DNA from: Candidatus Cloacimonadales bacterium
GTDB taxonomy: Bacteria; Cloacimonadota; Cloacimonadia; Cloacimonadales; JAIOQZ01
DNA: 64,000 bases
Reading direction: 5' to 3'
NCBI GenBank assembly: GCA_963662655.2
Contig: CAXXTU010000002.1
Span: forward strand, 800,001-864,000
A model generated the notes under the pieces. That model had not been told where the DNA came from. It searched no databases and was given only the letters and a program-made list of their open reading frames with translations. This document shows positions 29,280 through 37,698 of the stretch, one piece after another. The translations under genes and the position numbers were made by a program. Position 1 is the stretch's first letter, and each line of letters begins with the position of its first letter.

Positions 29280-30353
29280 ATGGAAAATCGTCTTAGAAAC
29301 GCGATTGAAACAGGTGATACTTACACGCTCACGCTGATACTGGAAACGGAACAGAACATTCCGTGGGTTGACATCGTGGAATACGCGATCGACCTCCAGA
29401 AGAAGGATATCGCCGATACGATAATTAAAAAGCTCTTTGCGAAGTATCAGCCGGACGACCGCATCATACGAAAGCTGTTCCGCCTCGCGCTGGTGAAGCA
29501 CCTTGACAGCACCGCGACCCTCCTTTGGATGCAGATATCGGACAAAGAGAACAGCATGAACCCCGAAGACTCCACAGCGCTCCTGCTGGCTGTCGATACT
29601 GGGCTCGTGCGTATAGCGAAAGAGATGATCGAATCAGGCATTTTCCTCGACGGCGTGAACGAGAACCAGGAAAGCACTCTGCATCTTGCGCTGAAACATG
29701 GCATGGAAGATGTGGTCGATCTGCTCATTACCAGGGGAGCCGACGTGCGACTCGCGAACAAGGACGGGGTAACGGCGCTGCATATCGCCGCCCGTTACGG
29801 GGATATCAGTATCGCCAAGAGGATGCTGAACCGGAAGGCCGAAGTTAACGCTGCCACTCTTTCGGGACGCACACCGATTCAAGATGCGGTTTTCGGCGAG
29901 CAGGAAGCGATGGTTAAATTCCTGCTCTCCAACAACGCCGACCCGGACAAGCAGGACAACAACGGCGAATCAGCTCTACATCTGGCATATTATCTCAACC
30001 GCAAACCGATTATCAAGATGCTGCTTCAGCATGGAGCAAATCCATCCTTGAAGAACAACGACGGGAAAACCCCCGCGAGAAACATCTTCGAATCGAGAAT
30101 CCCCAAACTCATGAAGGAGTGCTTTGTCGCAACAGTTGCATACGAGAGCTCCGAACACCCGGATCTGGATATCCTGCGATCGTTCCGGGACAATGTTCTC
30201 GTGAGGCATCATTCAGGACGCGCATTTATCTCCTGGTACTATCGTAAAGGACCGGGGTTGGCCAACGCAGTATCCCGTTATAGCGTTAGCAGAAAGATTG
30301 CAAAAAGGGGTATCCAAACATTGGTGAGGATGATGGAGCGGATTTTCCGATAA
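29280..30353 (+). CDS. Ankyrin-repeat protein with C-terminal CFI-box-CTERM-like domain
   Basis: About five ankyrin repeats (TALHIAA, TPIQDA, SALHLA); C-terminal CFVATVAY...LRSFRDNVL...GRAFISWYYRKGP. Confidence 0.88.
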   Translation: MENRLRNAIETGDTYTLTLILETEQNIPWVDIVEYAIDLQKKDIADTIIKKLFAKYQPDDRIIRKLFRLALVKHLDSTATLLWMQISDKENSMNPEDSTALLLAVDTGLVRIAKEMIESGIFLDGVNENQESTLHLALKHGMEDVVDLLITRGADVRLANKDGVTALHIAARYGDISIAKRMLNRKAEVNAATLSGRTPIQDAVFGEQEAMVKFLLSNNADPDKQDNNGESALHLAYYLNRKPIIKMLLQHGANPSLKNNDGKTPARNIFESRIPKLMKECFVATVAYESSEHPDLDILRSFRDNVLVRHHSGRAFISWYYRKGPGLANAVSRYSVSRKIAKRGIQTLVRMMERIFR

Positions 30354-30547
30354 CGCCCAGCGATCATCCACGACATTCGCAACAAGCCAGAAAAAAGCCT
30401 AATCGGTTGACAAACCTCAGACGAAATCTAATATTGCTCTCAATCGATGCCACGAGTGTAATTTATTGATGGTGAATGATTTGCGCAAATGGCACCAGGG
30501 ATGGAATTTACGAAAACACATACAATAAAACACAAAAGGAGTTGCCA

Positions 30548-32149
30548 ATGCAGAAAATGATGTTATTGGGCGACGAAGCTTTTGCTCAGGGCGTGTTGGA
30601 TGCCGGCCTTTCGGGTTTTTACGGATACCCGGGAACACCTTCGACGGAAATCGGCGAATACATCCAGCGTTCACCCCAGGCGAAGCAACGCGATGTCAAA
30701 CGTCTTTGGCATGCAAACGAAAAGACAGCGATGGAAGCTGCAATCGGAATGTCATACGCAGGGAAACGTGCGATTGTCACAATGAAACACGTTGGATTGA
30801 ACGTGGCTGCCGATCCATTCATGAACTCGGCTCTCACCGGAGCGAGCGGCGGTTTGATCGTGGCGGTTGCCGACGATCCATCCATGCACTCATCCCAGAA
30901 CGAGCAGGATTCCCGCTTCTATTCGAAGTTCGCGATGATTCCGGCGCTGGAGCCATCCAATCAGCAGGAAGCATACGACATGGCGAAACATGGATTCGAG
31001 TTATCCGAGAAATTCCATCTCCCCGTGATGTTCCGTGTAACCACGCGTCTGGCTCATTCAAGGGCGGGTGTAAGCCGCCATGAAGAGGTTGCGGAAAACG
31101 AGATGAGCAAACCGACGGACCCGAATCAGTTCATGCTGCTCCCGGCGTTCGCTCGCAAGAAATACAAACATCACCTCGAGATGCAGGAAGAAATGGTGAA
31201 GGCTTCTGAAGAATCACCTTTCAACAGCTACTTCGACGGTGCAGATAAATCGCTTGGTATCATTGCATGCGGTTTGGGCTATAACTACCTGATGGAAAAC
31301 TATCCTGACGGCTGCCCCTACCCTATCGTGAAAATAGGTCAATACCCGCTTCCACGCAAGATGATCGAGAAGATCACGTCCGAGTGCGACGAAATTCTCA
31401 TGGTGGAAGAAGGAATGCCGTTGGTTGAAGAACAACTTCGCGGATTCCTCAACAACGGGATCAGGATCAAGGGTCGTATGGACGGAACGCTTTCCTGGGA
31501 CGGCGAGCTCAATCCGGCCAAGGTGCGTGCAGCGCTCGGCATGCCAGCGCTTCCATCCAAACCCATGCCGGAAGTGATGGTGGGACGTCCACCGGCATTG
31601 TGCGTCGGCTGCCCTCATGCGGATAGCTACAAAGCGCTTCGTGCCGCTGTCGTGGACAAGTACGGCCAGGGACACATCTTCTCCGACATCGGTTGTTACA
31701 CGCTTGGCTTCATGCCGCCTTACAAGGCGATCAACTCATGCGTCGATATGGGCGCTTCCATAACCATGGCCATCGGAGCGGCAGACGCGGGTCTGTTCCC
31801 GGCGATCGCCGTAATCGGCGATTCCACTTTCGGTCACTCCGGTATCACCGGACTCTTGGACGCGATTTACAAGCAAGCGAATGTTGTAATCGTGATACTA
31901 GACAACGATACGACCGCTATGACCGGTATGCAGGATTCCTCCGTTACCGGCAGGCTGGAACGTATATGTGAAGGCATCGGCGTGGAGAAGGATCACATCC
32001 GCGTGATCAATCCGCTTAGCAGGATGCATGACGAGAACGTGAAGGTGATCGAGGAAGAAATCGCTTACGAAGGCGTTTCCGTGATCATCCCTCGCAGACC
32101 CTGTATCCATGTCTACAGCAAGAAAAAACGTTCCGGAGGTGAAGAATGA
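30548..32149 (+). CDS. iorA: Indolepyruvate:ferredoxin oxidoreductase alpha subunit
   Basis: GYPGTPSTEI, NEKTAME, MKHVGLNVAAD, SSQNEQDSR, RPPALCVGCPH, DIGCY, GDSTF. Confidence 0.95.
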   Translation: MQKMMLLGDEAFAQGVLDAGLSGFYGYPGTPSTEIGEYIQRSPQAKQRDVKRLWHANEKTAMEAAIGMSYAGKRAIVTMKHVGLNVAADPFMNSALTGASGGLIVAVADDPSMHSSQNEQDSRFYSKFAMIPALEPSNQQEAYDMAKHGFELSEKFHLPVMFRVTTRLAHSRAGVSRHEEVAENEMSKPTDPNQFMLLPAFARKKYKHHLEMQEEMVKASEESPFNSYFDGADKSLGIIACGLGYNYLMENYPDGCPYPIVKIGQYPLPRKMIEKITSECDEILMVEEGMPLVEEQLRGFLNNGIRIKGRMDGTLSWDGELNPAKVRAALGMPALPSKPMPEVMVGRPPALCVGCPHADSYKALRAAVVDKYGQGHIFSDIGCYTLGFMPPYKAINSCVDMGASITMAIGAADAGLFPAIAVIGDSTFGHSGITGLLDAIYKQANVVIVILDNDTTAMTGMQDSSVTGRLERICEGIGVEKDHIRVINPLSRMHDENVKVIEEEIAYEGVSVIIPRRPCIHVYSKKKRSGGEE

Positions 32150-32721
32150 AAAAGGACATCATCCTCGCAGGAGTCGGTGGACAGGGGATCCTCTCCATCG
32201 CGGCAATCATCGGATATGCTGCGGTTGAAAACGGATTGTACCTTAAGCAGGCAGAGGTTCACGGAATGAGTCAGCGCGGCGGCGACGTGCAATCACATCT
32301 TCGCATCTCCAGCAAGCCGATCTACTCGGATCTGATTGCTGAAGGCAGTGCGGACATGATTCTCTCGGTTGAGCCACTCGAAGCACTCCGCTACGTTCCT
32401 TACCTTTCGGAAGAAGGCTGGCTGATCACCAATTCGAATCCCTTCAAGAACATCCCGAACTACCCGGATGTCGATAAGGTACACGAAGAGGTGGGCAAGC
32501 TCGGTAACAACATCATGATCGATTCAGAAGCGATCGCCAAGGAACTGGGCAACGTTCGCGCATCCAACATCGTTATGCTGGGCGCAGCGTCCGCTTTCCT
32601 CGATATCCCTATGGAGAAACTGGAAGACGGCATCAAGTTCATCTTCGGTAAGAAGGGCGAAGAGGTCGTGAACCTCAACCTCGAAGCGCTCCGTGCCGGC
32701 AGAAAGGCTTCCAACAAGTAA
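32146..32721 (+). CDS. iorB: Indolepyruvate:ferredoxin oxidoreductase beta subunit
   Basis: AGVGGQG, EVHGMSQRGG, EPLEALR. Confidence 0.95.
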   Translation: MKKDIILAGVGGQGILSIAAIIGYAAVENGLYLKQAEVHGMSQRGGDVQSHLRISSKPIYSDLIAEGSADMILSVEPLEALRYVPYLSEEGWLITNSNPFKNIPNYPDVDKVHEEVGKLGNNIMIDSEAIAKELGNVRASNIVMLGAASAFLDIPMEKLEDGIKFIFGKKGEEVVNLNLEALRAGRKASNK

Positions 32722-32743
32722 GACCATCGAATCATCGATAAAT

Positions 32744-32778
32744 AAACGGGCGAGTAGAAATACTCGCCTGTTTTGTTA
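32744..32778 (+). terminator. Intrinsic terminator
   Basis: AAACGGGCGAGTA-GAAA-TACTCGCCTGTTTT. Confidence 0.85.
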
Positions 32779-32795
32779 TAAGCTTAAGCTTGGCA

Positions 32796-32917
32796 TCCGC
32801 GGTCACCTTGGCCCGATCGCGCGATGCTCGCTCCCGGCGTATAACACCACAGCCTCCGCAACGCTCCGGCTGTGAATGAATACGCTCGAGAGCGGATCGA
32901 ACCAATCTGAGCGCGGA
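32796..32917 (+). repeat. Divergent family A folded element
   Basis: Stems TCCGCG/CGCGGA, TTGG(CC)CGATC/GATCG(AA)CCAA, GCGTAT/ATACGC, CACAGCC/GGCTGTG. Confidence 0.7.
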
Positions 32918-32919
32918 GA

Positions 32920-33750
32920 CTACAATTCTGTAATCGCCTTCCAGAGCGCAGGGAAGTCGGAGCCCAGGGCTGGATTTTCGGCGGTAAGCAACTGAATCAC
33001 CTTTTCCCCACCTTCGTAGAATGTGACGCGATCGATGGGCTGGCTGCGTTTGGAACTCGCCTCGTTCGCGCCGATTTCTCTGGCCAGGGTGTTTTGCAAC
33101 CAGCGTGCAGAGCCTTCTTTGAACTCCTGCCATGTGAGATACTCCCAGTCGTTAGCCGAAACCAGAGTGCGTATCTCGTTGCGCATTTGAGCGACCTTCT
33201 CGCGATTGCCCTGCTCGCATGCCTCGATCATTTGGATGTACAGGTTTCCCACGGCATCGTTCTCGTACGGGAAGGGGTATTGCAGCTCCCACATTCCGTT
33301 CGTGTGGGCGTACTCTTTCGCTATAAAGAGGCGCTCTTTGAGGTCGCTGTCGCAGGTTGCCGCCTGGTAGCAATGGACGAACTCGTGAAAGACGATGGTC
33401 ATGTCCTCTTTGGTGGAGAAGCTTCTGTCGTCGAGCACACAAGCCATCTCGTAGTTGTGGAAAGGCATGGGAAATGCGGCCATGATGCCATCGGGAAGCT
33501 GCATATTGACGTTTCCCGAATCGATTTTGCGCCAGGAATTGTCCGCTTCTGGTTTGTAGAGTGTGAAGCGCTCACAATTGATCAGACACACCGGATAGAG
33601 CTGCTGCCATGCGGGGTGCAACGTCCGGGCTGTCTGCCAGAGTTTGGTTACCTCATCGAGTTGGGATATGTATTTTTGCTCGTCGATTTTCTGATTCGTG
33701 CACGATGCCAGCAACATGATGATTACGGCTAAAGCTATGATATATTTCAC
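32920..33750 (-). CDS. Lipoprotein, putative HEXXH metallopeptidase
   Basis: Lipobox LASC; HEFVH plus distal EG motif (KEGSA). Confidence 0.72.
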   Translation of the reverse strand: MKYIIALAVIIMLLASCTNQKIDEQKYISQLDEVTKLWQTARTLHPAWQQLYPVCLINCERFTLYKPEADNSWRKIDSGNVNMQLPDGIMAAFPMPFHNYEMACVLDDRSFSTKEDMTIVFHEFVHCYQAATCDSDLKERLFIAKEYAHTNGMWELQYPFPYENDAVGNLYIQMIEACEQGNREKVAQMRNEIRTLVSANDWEYLTWQEFKEGSARWLQNTLAREIGANEASSKRSQPIDRVTFYEGGEKVIQLLTAENPALGSDFPALWKAITEL

Positions 33751-34232
33751 TTTATATCACCTCTTTTAATGTAATGATTTAACGTAACCATGCATGACTG
33801 GATGAACTCCGGATCGCCCCAAAGAATGAAGCGACCGCGGTTCGTTTCTTGATCGAAATGGTACTGTAAGCGCGCTTCCGCCTTTGCGTTATCCCGACTG
33901 TTGATAATGGCCAGCAGCGCCTGCGAGACTTCGGCTGCCTCGCCGGCATTCACGAAATCGCAATCCGTGATCGCGCATACGCGGAAGCGGCTGTCAATGG
34001 GCGACGGCGCTCCCTGAATGTGTTCCACCGCCTGCCTGCTCCACGATTCCTCTAGCTCGCCGCTTACGTCCGTGCGTCCGAGCATTCGCTGGATGTCCTC
34101 TTGCGAGATGTGCCATTTCCCGCCGATCTTCACGCCCTCGACAACGCCGTTCTTCAGGTAACGTCGTATCGTCCTGGGGTGCACGGAGAGCATGTTCGCT
34201 GTTTCTTCGATGCTAAGGTAGTTTTGCTTCAT
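33747..34232 (-). CDS. Excisionase-like (HTH_17/MerR-superfamily) DNA-binding protein with C-terminal domain
   Basis: YLSIEETANMLSVHPRTIRRYL..G...GVKIGGKWHI; start behind GGAGG. Confidence 0.88.
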   Translation of the reverse strand: MKQNYLSIEETANMLSVHPRTIRRYLKNGVVEGVKIGGKWHISQEDIQRMLGRTDVSGELEESWSRQAVEHIQGAPSPIDSRFRVCAITDCDFVNAGEAAEVSQALLAIINSRDNAKAEARLQYHFDQETNRGRFILWGDPEFIQSCMVTLNHYIKRGDIK

Positions 34233-34381
34233 CGGAACCTCCGTGGCCAATATGTCATATATTGTCATATAAAGTCAAGTAAAAGATGACGGAATGCAAA
34301 TGCTTTCAATATCGTTCCATATTTGTAACGATATTCCTTGACGTGCAATCCGCGCCTGGTAAGATGGAAGCGGAGGTTGAA

Positions 34382-34870
34382 ATGAAATCACTCGACATTC
34401 AAGCATCTTTGGCTGGGAAGACATGCTGCATCCCGCAACCCGACAGCACGATCGTGTCCATGGGGCCGTGCATTGAAGGAGCGCGTTGGGATATCCCGCT
34501 GCTGGGCGCGTCCCTGCCCGCCGGTTTCCCCTCCCCGGCAGACGATTACATCGAGACCTCGCTGGACGTGAACGAGCTTCTGATCGCGCATCCATCCGCG
34601 ACCTTCTTCGTGCGGGTGGACGGCGACTCGATGATCAACGCAGGCATCAACTCGGGGGACATCCTGATCGTGGATCGCTCCCTCAGTCCGGCAAACAACC
34701 GCATCGTCGTGGCGGCCCTGGACGGCTACCTAACGGTGAAACGCCTGCGAATCGAGAATGGGAAATGGGTTCTCCAGCCGGAGAATCCCTCCTATCCGGT
34801 TATCGAGATCACTGAAGACAGCGACTTCTTCATTTGGGGCGTGGTCAGTTGGGTGCTGCACCGGACGTAG
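34382..34870 (+). CDS. umuD: DNA polymerase V autoproteolytic subunit (S24)
   Basis: PAGFPSPADDY cleavage site, RVDGDSMINAGI (Ser), TVKRL (Lys); start uncertain. Confidence 0.93.
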   Translation: MKSLDIQASLAGKTCCIPQPDSTIVSMGPCIEGARWDIPLLGASLPAGFPSPADDYIETSLDVNELLIAHPSATFFVRVDGDSMINAGINSGDILIVDRSLSPANNRIVVAALDGYLTVKRLRIENGKWVLQPENPSYPVIEITEDSDFFIWGVVSWVLHRT

Positions 34871-34889
34871 GGATTGTTTCCCTTCGGCA

Positions 34890-35015
34890 GTGCGTGGCAT
34901 CTTCGCCCGATCTCCACTCCAACGTGGATATACCACATCATGGGACTATCGAACGCAATAATATGATGTGGAACACCACGTTTCCGTATGAGATCGAACG
35001 AATCTACTCGCGCAC
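34890..35015 (+). repeat. Family A folded element
   Basis: GTGCG/CGCAC, CGATCTC/GAGATCG, AACGTGG/CCACGTT, CCACATCAT/ATGATGTGG. Confidence 0.88.
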
Positions 35016-35141
35016 GTTTCGGGCGGGGACAATCGACAATGGCGAAGCGGCAGCATCCTCACTCCTCTTCGCGGGTGTTCCATGTTTGCAACAAATCCTT
35101 GACAACCTTGGCAAAGCTGGTTTCATTGATTCGGAGTGAGT

Positions 35142-36419
35142 ATGGAACGCCGCATTTTCGCACTGGTGGATTGCAACAGCTTCTATGTCTCCTGCGAGCG
35201 CGTTTTCGCGCCCCAGTTGAGAAACAAGCCCGTGGTGGTGCTTTCGAACAACGACGGTTGCATTGTGGCACGTTCGCAGGAAGTGAAGGATATAGGGCTC
35301 CCTATGGCCTCCCCCGTGTTCAAGCTGCGGCACCTGATCCGCAAGCATAAAATCCACACCTTCTCGTCCAACTACACCCTCTACGCGGATATGTCGCGGC
35401 GCGTGATGGAAACGCTGGAGACCTTCTCTCCGGAGATCGAGGTCTATTCCATCGACGAAGCGTTCCTGACCTTCACCGGCATGGAGCACATCGATCTCGA
35501 CGAGTACGCCTGCACCATTCGCGATACTGTATTCCAGTGGACCGGCATTCCCGTCTCCGTGGGGATCGGCCCCTCCAAAACGCTGGCGAAGCTCGCCAAC
35601 CGCTATGCGAAGAAGAATCGGCAATGCCGCGGCGCGTTCAACATAACGGATCATCCCCACATCGATGATATCCTCGAGAGCGTGGATGTGGGATCCGTCT
35701 GGGGCGTCGGGAGGAAATACTGCAAGAAGCTCAACCAGGTGGGCGTATTCAACGCCCTTCAGTTGCGCGACCTCCCCGACAGGTGGGTTCGGAGCCAGAT
35801 GACCGTCGTGGGCCTGCGCATGGTGCATGAATTGCGCGGCATTCCCTGCTACGAGATGGAACCGGAGATCGACCCCAAGAAGGGGATCGTCACCTCGCGC
35901 TCGTTCGGAGGACCGCTCGAGGACGAGGAGGAAATCTGCGAGGCGGTCGCTGCGTACGCTGCCAGGGCCGCGGTCAAGCTGCGCAAGCAGGACAGCGTGG
36001 TCGGCTGCCTGACGGTGTTTATCATCACCAATCCCTTCCGGACGGATCAGCCCCAGTACGCGAATTCAGCCTCGTGGAGGATCGAACCGCCCACCGCCGA
36101 CACCCCACAGCTCATAGCCATCGCCAAGAAGCTCCTGCGGCACATCTACCGCCCGGGATTCAAATACAAGAAGGCCGGCGTGATGTTCACCGGAATCCGG
36201 TCCAGCGGAGAGTTCCAGCTCGACGCCTTCCAGACGGCCTTCACCGACGACCGTCGACAGGCGCTCATGCAGACCCTCGATCAGGTCAACCGCCGCTACG
36301 GACTCCACACGCTGTCGTTCGCCTCGGAAGGAATCCACAAACCGTGGGAGATGAAGCGGGAGCAGCTCTCGAAGAGATTTACCACCAACTGGAATGAAAT
36401 ACCGATAGTAAAAGCGTAA
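35142..36419 (+). CDS. umuC: Y-family DNA polymerase V catalytic subunit
   Basis: ALVDCNSFYVSCE, LSNNDGC, SSNYTLY, YSIDEAF, SKTLAKLAN, C-terminal WEMKREQLSKRFTT. Confidence 0.96.
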   Translation: MERRIFALVDCNSFYVSCERVFAPQLRNKPVVVLSNNDGCIVARSQEVKDIGLPMASPVFKLRHLIRKHKIHTFSSNYTLYADMSRRVMETLETFSPEIEVYSIDEAFLTFTGMEHIDLDEYACTIRDTVFQWTGIPVSVGIGPSKTLAKLANRYAKKNRQCRGAFNITDHPHIDDILESVDVGSVWGVGRKYCKKLNQVGVFNALQLRDLPDRWVRSQMTVVGLRMVHELRGIPCYEMEPEIDPKKGIVTSRSFGGPLEDEEEICEAVAAYAARAAVKLRKQDSVVGCLTVFIITNPFRTDQPQYANSASWRIEPPTADTPQLIAIAKKLLRHIYRPGFKYKKAGVMFTGIRSSGEFQLDAFQTAFTDDRRQALMQTLDQVNRRYGLHTLSFASEGIHKPWEMKREQLSKRFTTNWNEIPIVKA

Positions 36420-36425
36420 GGCCGA

Positions 36426-36510
36426 GTTCGCGAGGATATTCGTTCGCCTGAAGACCGAAGATGTGTTATATCCACGTTGGAGGGATTCACCGGACGAAGA
36501 TGCCGCGAAC
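36426..36510 (-). repeat. Family A folded element, short form without the apical extension
   Basis: Reverse complement GTTCGCGGCATCTTCGTCCG...ACGTGGATATAACACAT...CGAACGAATATCCTCGCGAAC aligns to both halves of the 34890 copy. Confidence 0.82.
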
Positions 36511-36523
36511 GTCCCGAGCTAAT

Positions 36524-36553
36524 AAAAAAAGCCCATCCGCTTGGGATGGGCTC
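36524..36553 (-). terminator. Terminator downstream of tRNA-Asn
   Basis: AGCCCATCC/GGATGGGCT stem; the A run on + is a T run on -. Confidence 0.8.
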
Positions 36554-36587
36554 AATTTATTCACTGCACTTGGTGCAGATTTTTGTC

Positions 36588-36662
36588 TGGCTCCTGAGGA
36601 GGGATTTGAACCCCCGACCTGGTGGTTAACAGCCACTCGCTCTACCACTGAGCTACTCAGGA
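36588..36662 (-). tRNA. tRNA-Asn(GTT)
   Basis: TCCTGAGTAGCTCAG...CT-GTT-AA...GGTTCAAATCC...GGAGCCA. Confidence 0.97.
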
Positions 36663-36747
36663 ACGCCGCTAAGGACTTCGCTAAGAAATTAAATCCGTGA
36701 TTCTCTGTCAATCAATTTTTCGTGTTTTTTTTGATCATTCCGGGGCA

Positions 36748-37698
36748 TCATTGCGTATCTTCTAGTGACGATTGAAAATGCTCCGGCGATTTAGTGAACC
36801 GATCGACGAAATCATTGCTCATCTGATACAGCGTGGAGGTGTCGTCGTTAAGCTTGAGAATCAGATTACTGTTCTCCTCGCTCTTGATCTGAGCGACCTG
36901 GAACCGGGTTTTAGCGCCCGTTTTCTGTGTGACGGTCACATCGAGAACCGGATCGTCGAACGCAGACTGCCAATCGTCCCACTCGTTGTCCCGGAAGCGT
37001 CCGGAACGGCCTTTCTCCAGTACGTTGAGGATTTTCAGCAATTGCCGGTTCGTCCGGGTAACTGCGAAATCGTTGTTGGCATCGTGGAATACCCAGGACG
37101 TGTCCGTCGCTGTGATCGAGTAAGCGTTCCTCGAATACTTCACGTCAATCGCCTCTATGGTTTCGGGAACAATCTCCAGAATCTCTTTCTTCCGCCATGT
37201 TGCAAGCCTCGGATCGATCTTGTAGAGGACATTCTCTTCAAACTGGTACACGATGGGGCTGTCGGTCTTGCGGACGTTGCTGTAGCTCGGGTTGTCGCTG
37301 GAGCCGATCACGATGCTGGAAAGCAGGTTTCCGGCATTGTCGTACAATTCGAGCGATTTACCCTTCGCAGCCGACACATTGAAAGCATCGTGGGACGATT
37401 CGTTCTCCGCCAGCGGAATGCTGGAGGCCCGGCCCTTGATCACATAACTGAAGAGGTCGCCTACTTTTCGAGCACCAGCCGGGAATTCCATCGGCTGCGT
37501 GATCATCCATGTTCCCTGGCGGTTCTCGAGAACCAGCGTGTCGCCTTTATCGAACATCTTTACCTTCGCGATCTGCGTTGAATCCACATCGATGATACGG
37601 AAGAACGTCTCGCGCTCCTTCCCCGTCGTTTTCACGATGATGAAGATGGCAACCAGAGCGAGCAGGATTACTAGATAAATAACGTTTTTCTTATCCAT
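36748..37698 (-). CDS. DUF4340-like membrane-anchored protein
   Basis: N-terminal TM, two repeated modules, typical position after a GldG-like gene. Confidence 0.75.
   Translation of the reverse strand: MDKKNVIYLVILLALVAIFIIVKTTGKERETFFRIIDVDSTQIAKVKMFDKGDTLVLENRQGTWMITQPMEFPAGARKVGDLFSYVIKGRASSIPLAENESSHDAFNVSAAKGKSLELYDNAGNLLSSIVIGSSDNPSYSNVRKTDSPIVYQFEENVLYKIDPRLATWRKKEILEIVPETIEAIDVKYSRNAYSITATDTSWVFHDANNDFAVTRTNRQLLKILNVLEKGRSGRFRDNEWDDWQSAFDDPVLDVTVTQKTGAKTRFQVAQIKSEENSNLILKLNDDTSTLYQMSNDFVDRFTKSPEHFQSSLEDTQ

Noticed and set aside
32920..36662. Intact prophage or integrative element at tRNA-Asn
   Set aside because: No integrase, att duplication, or structural or conjugation genes; the Xis-like protein has an extra domain and looks like a regulator.
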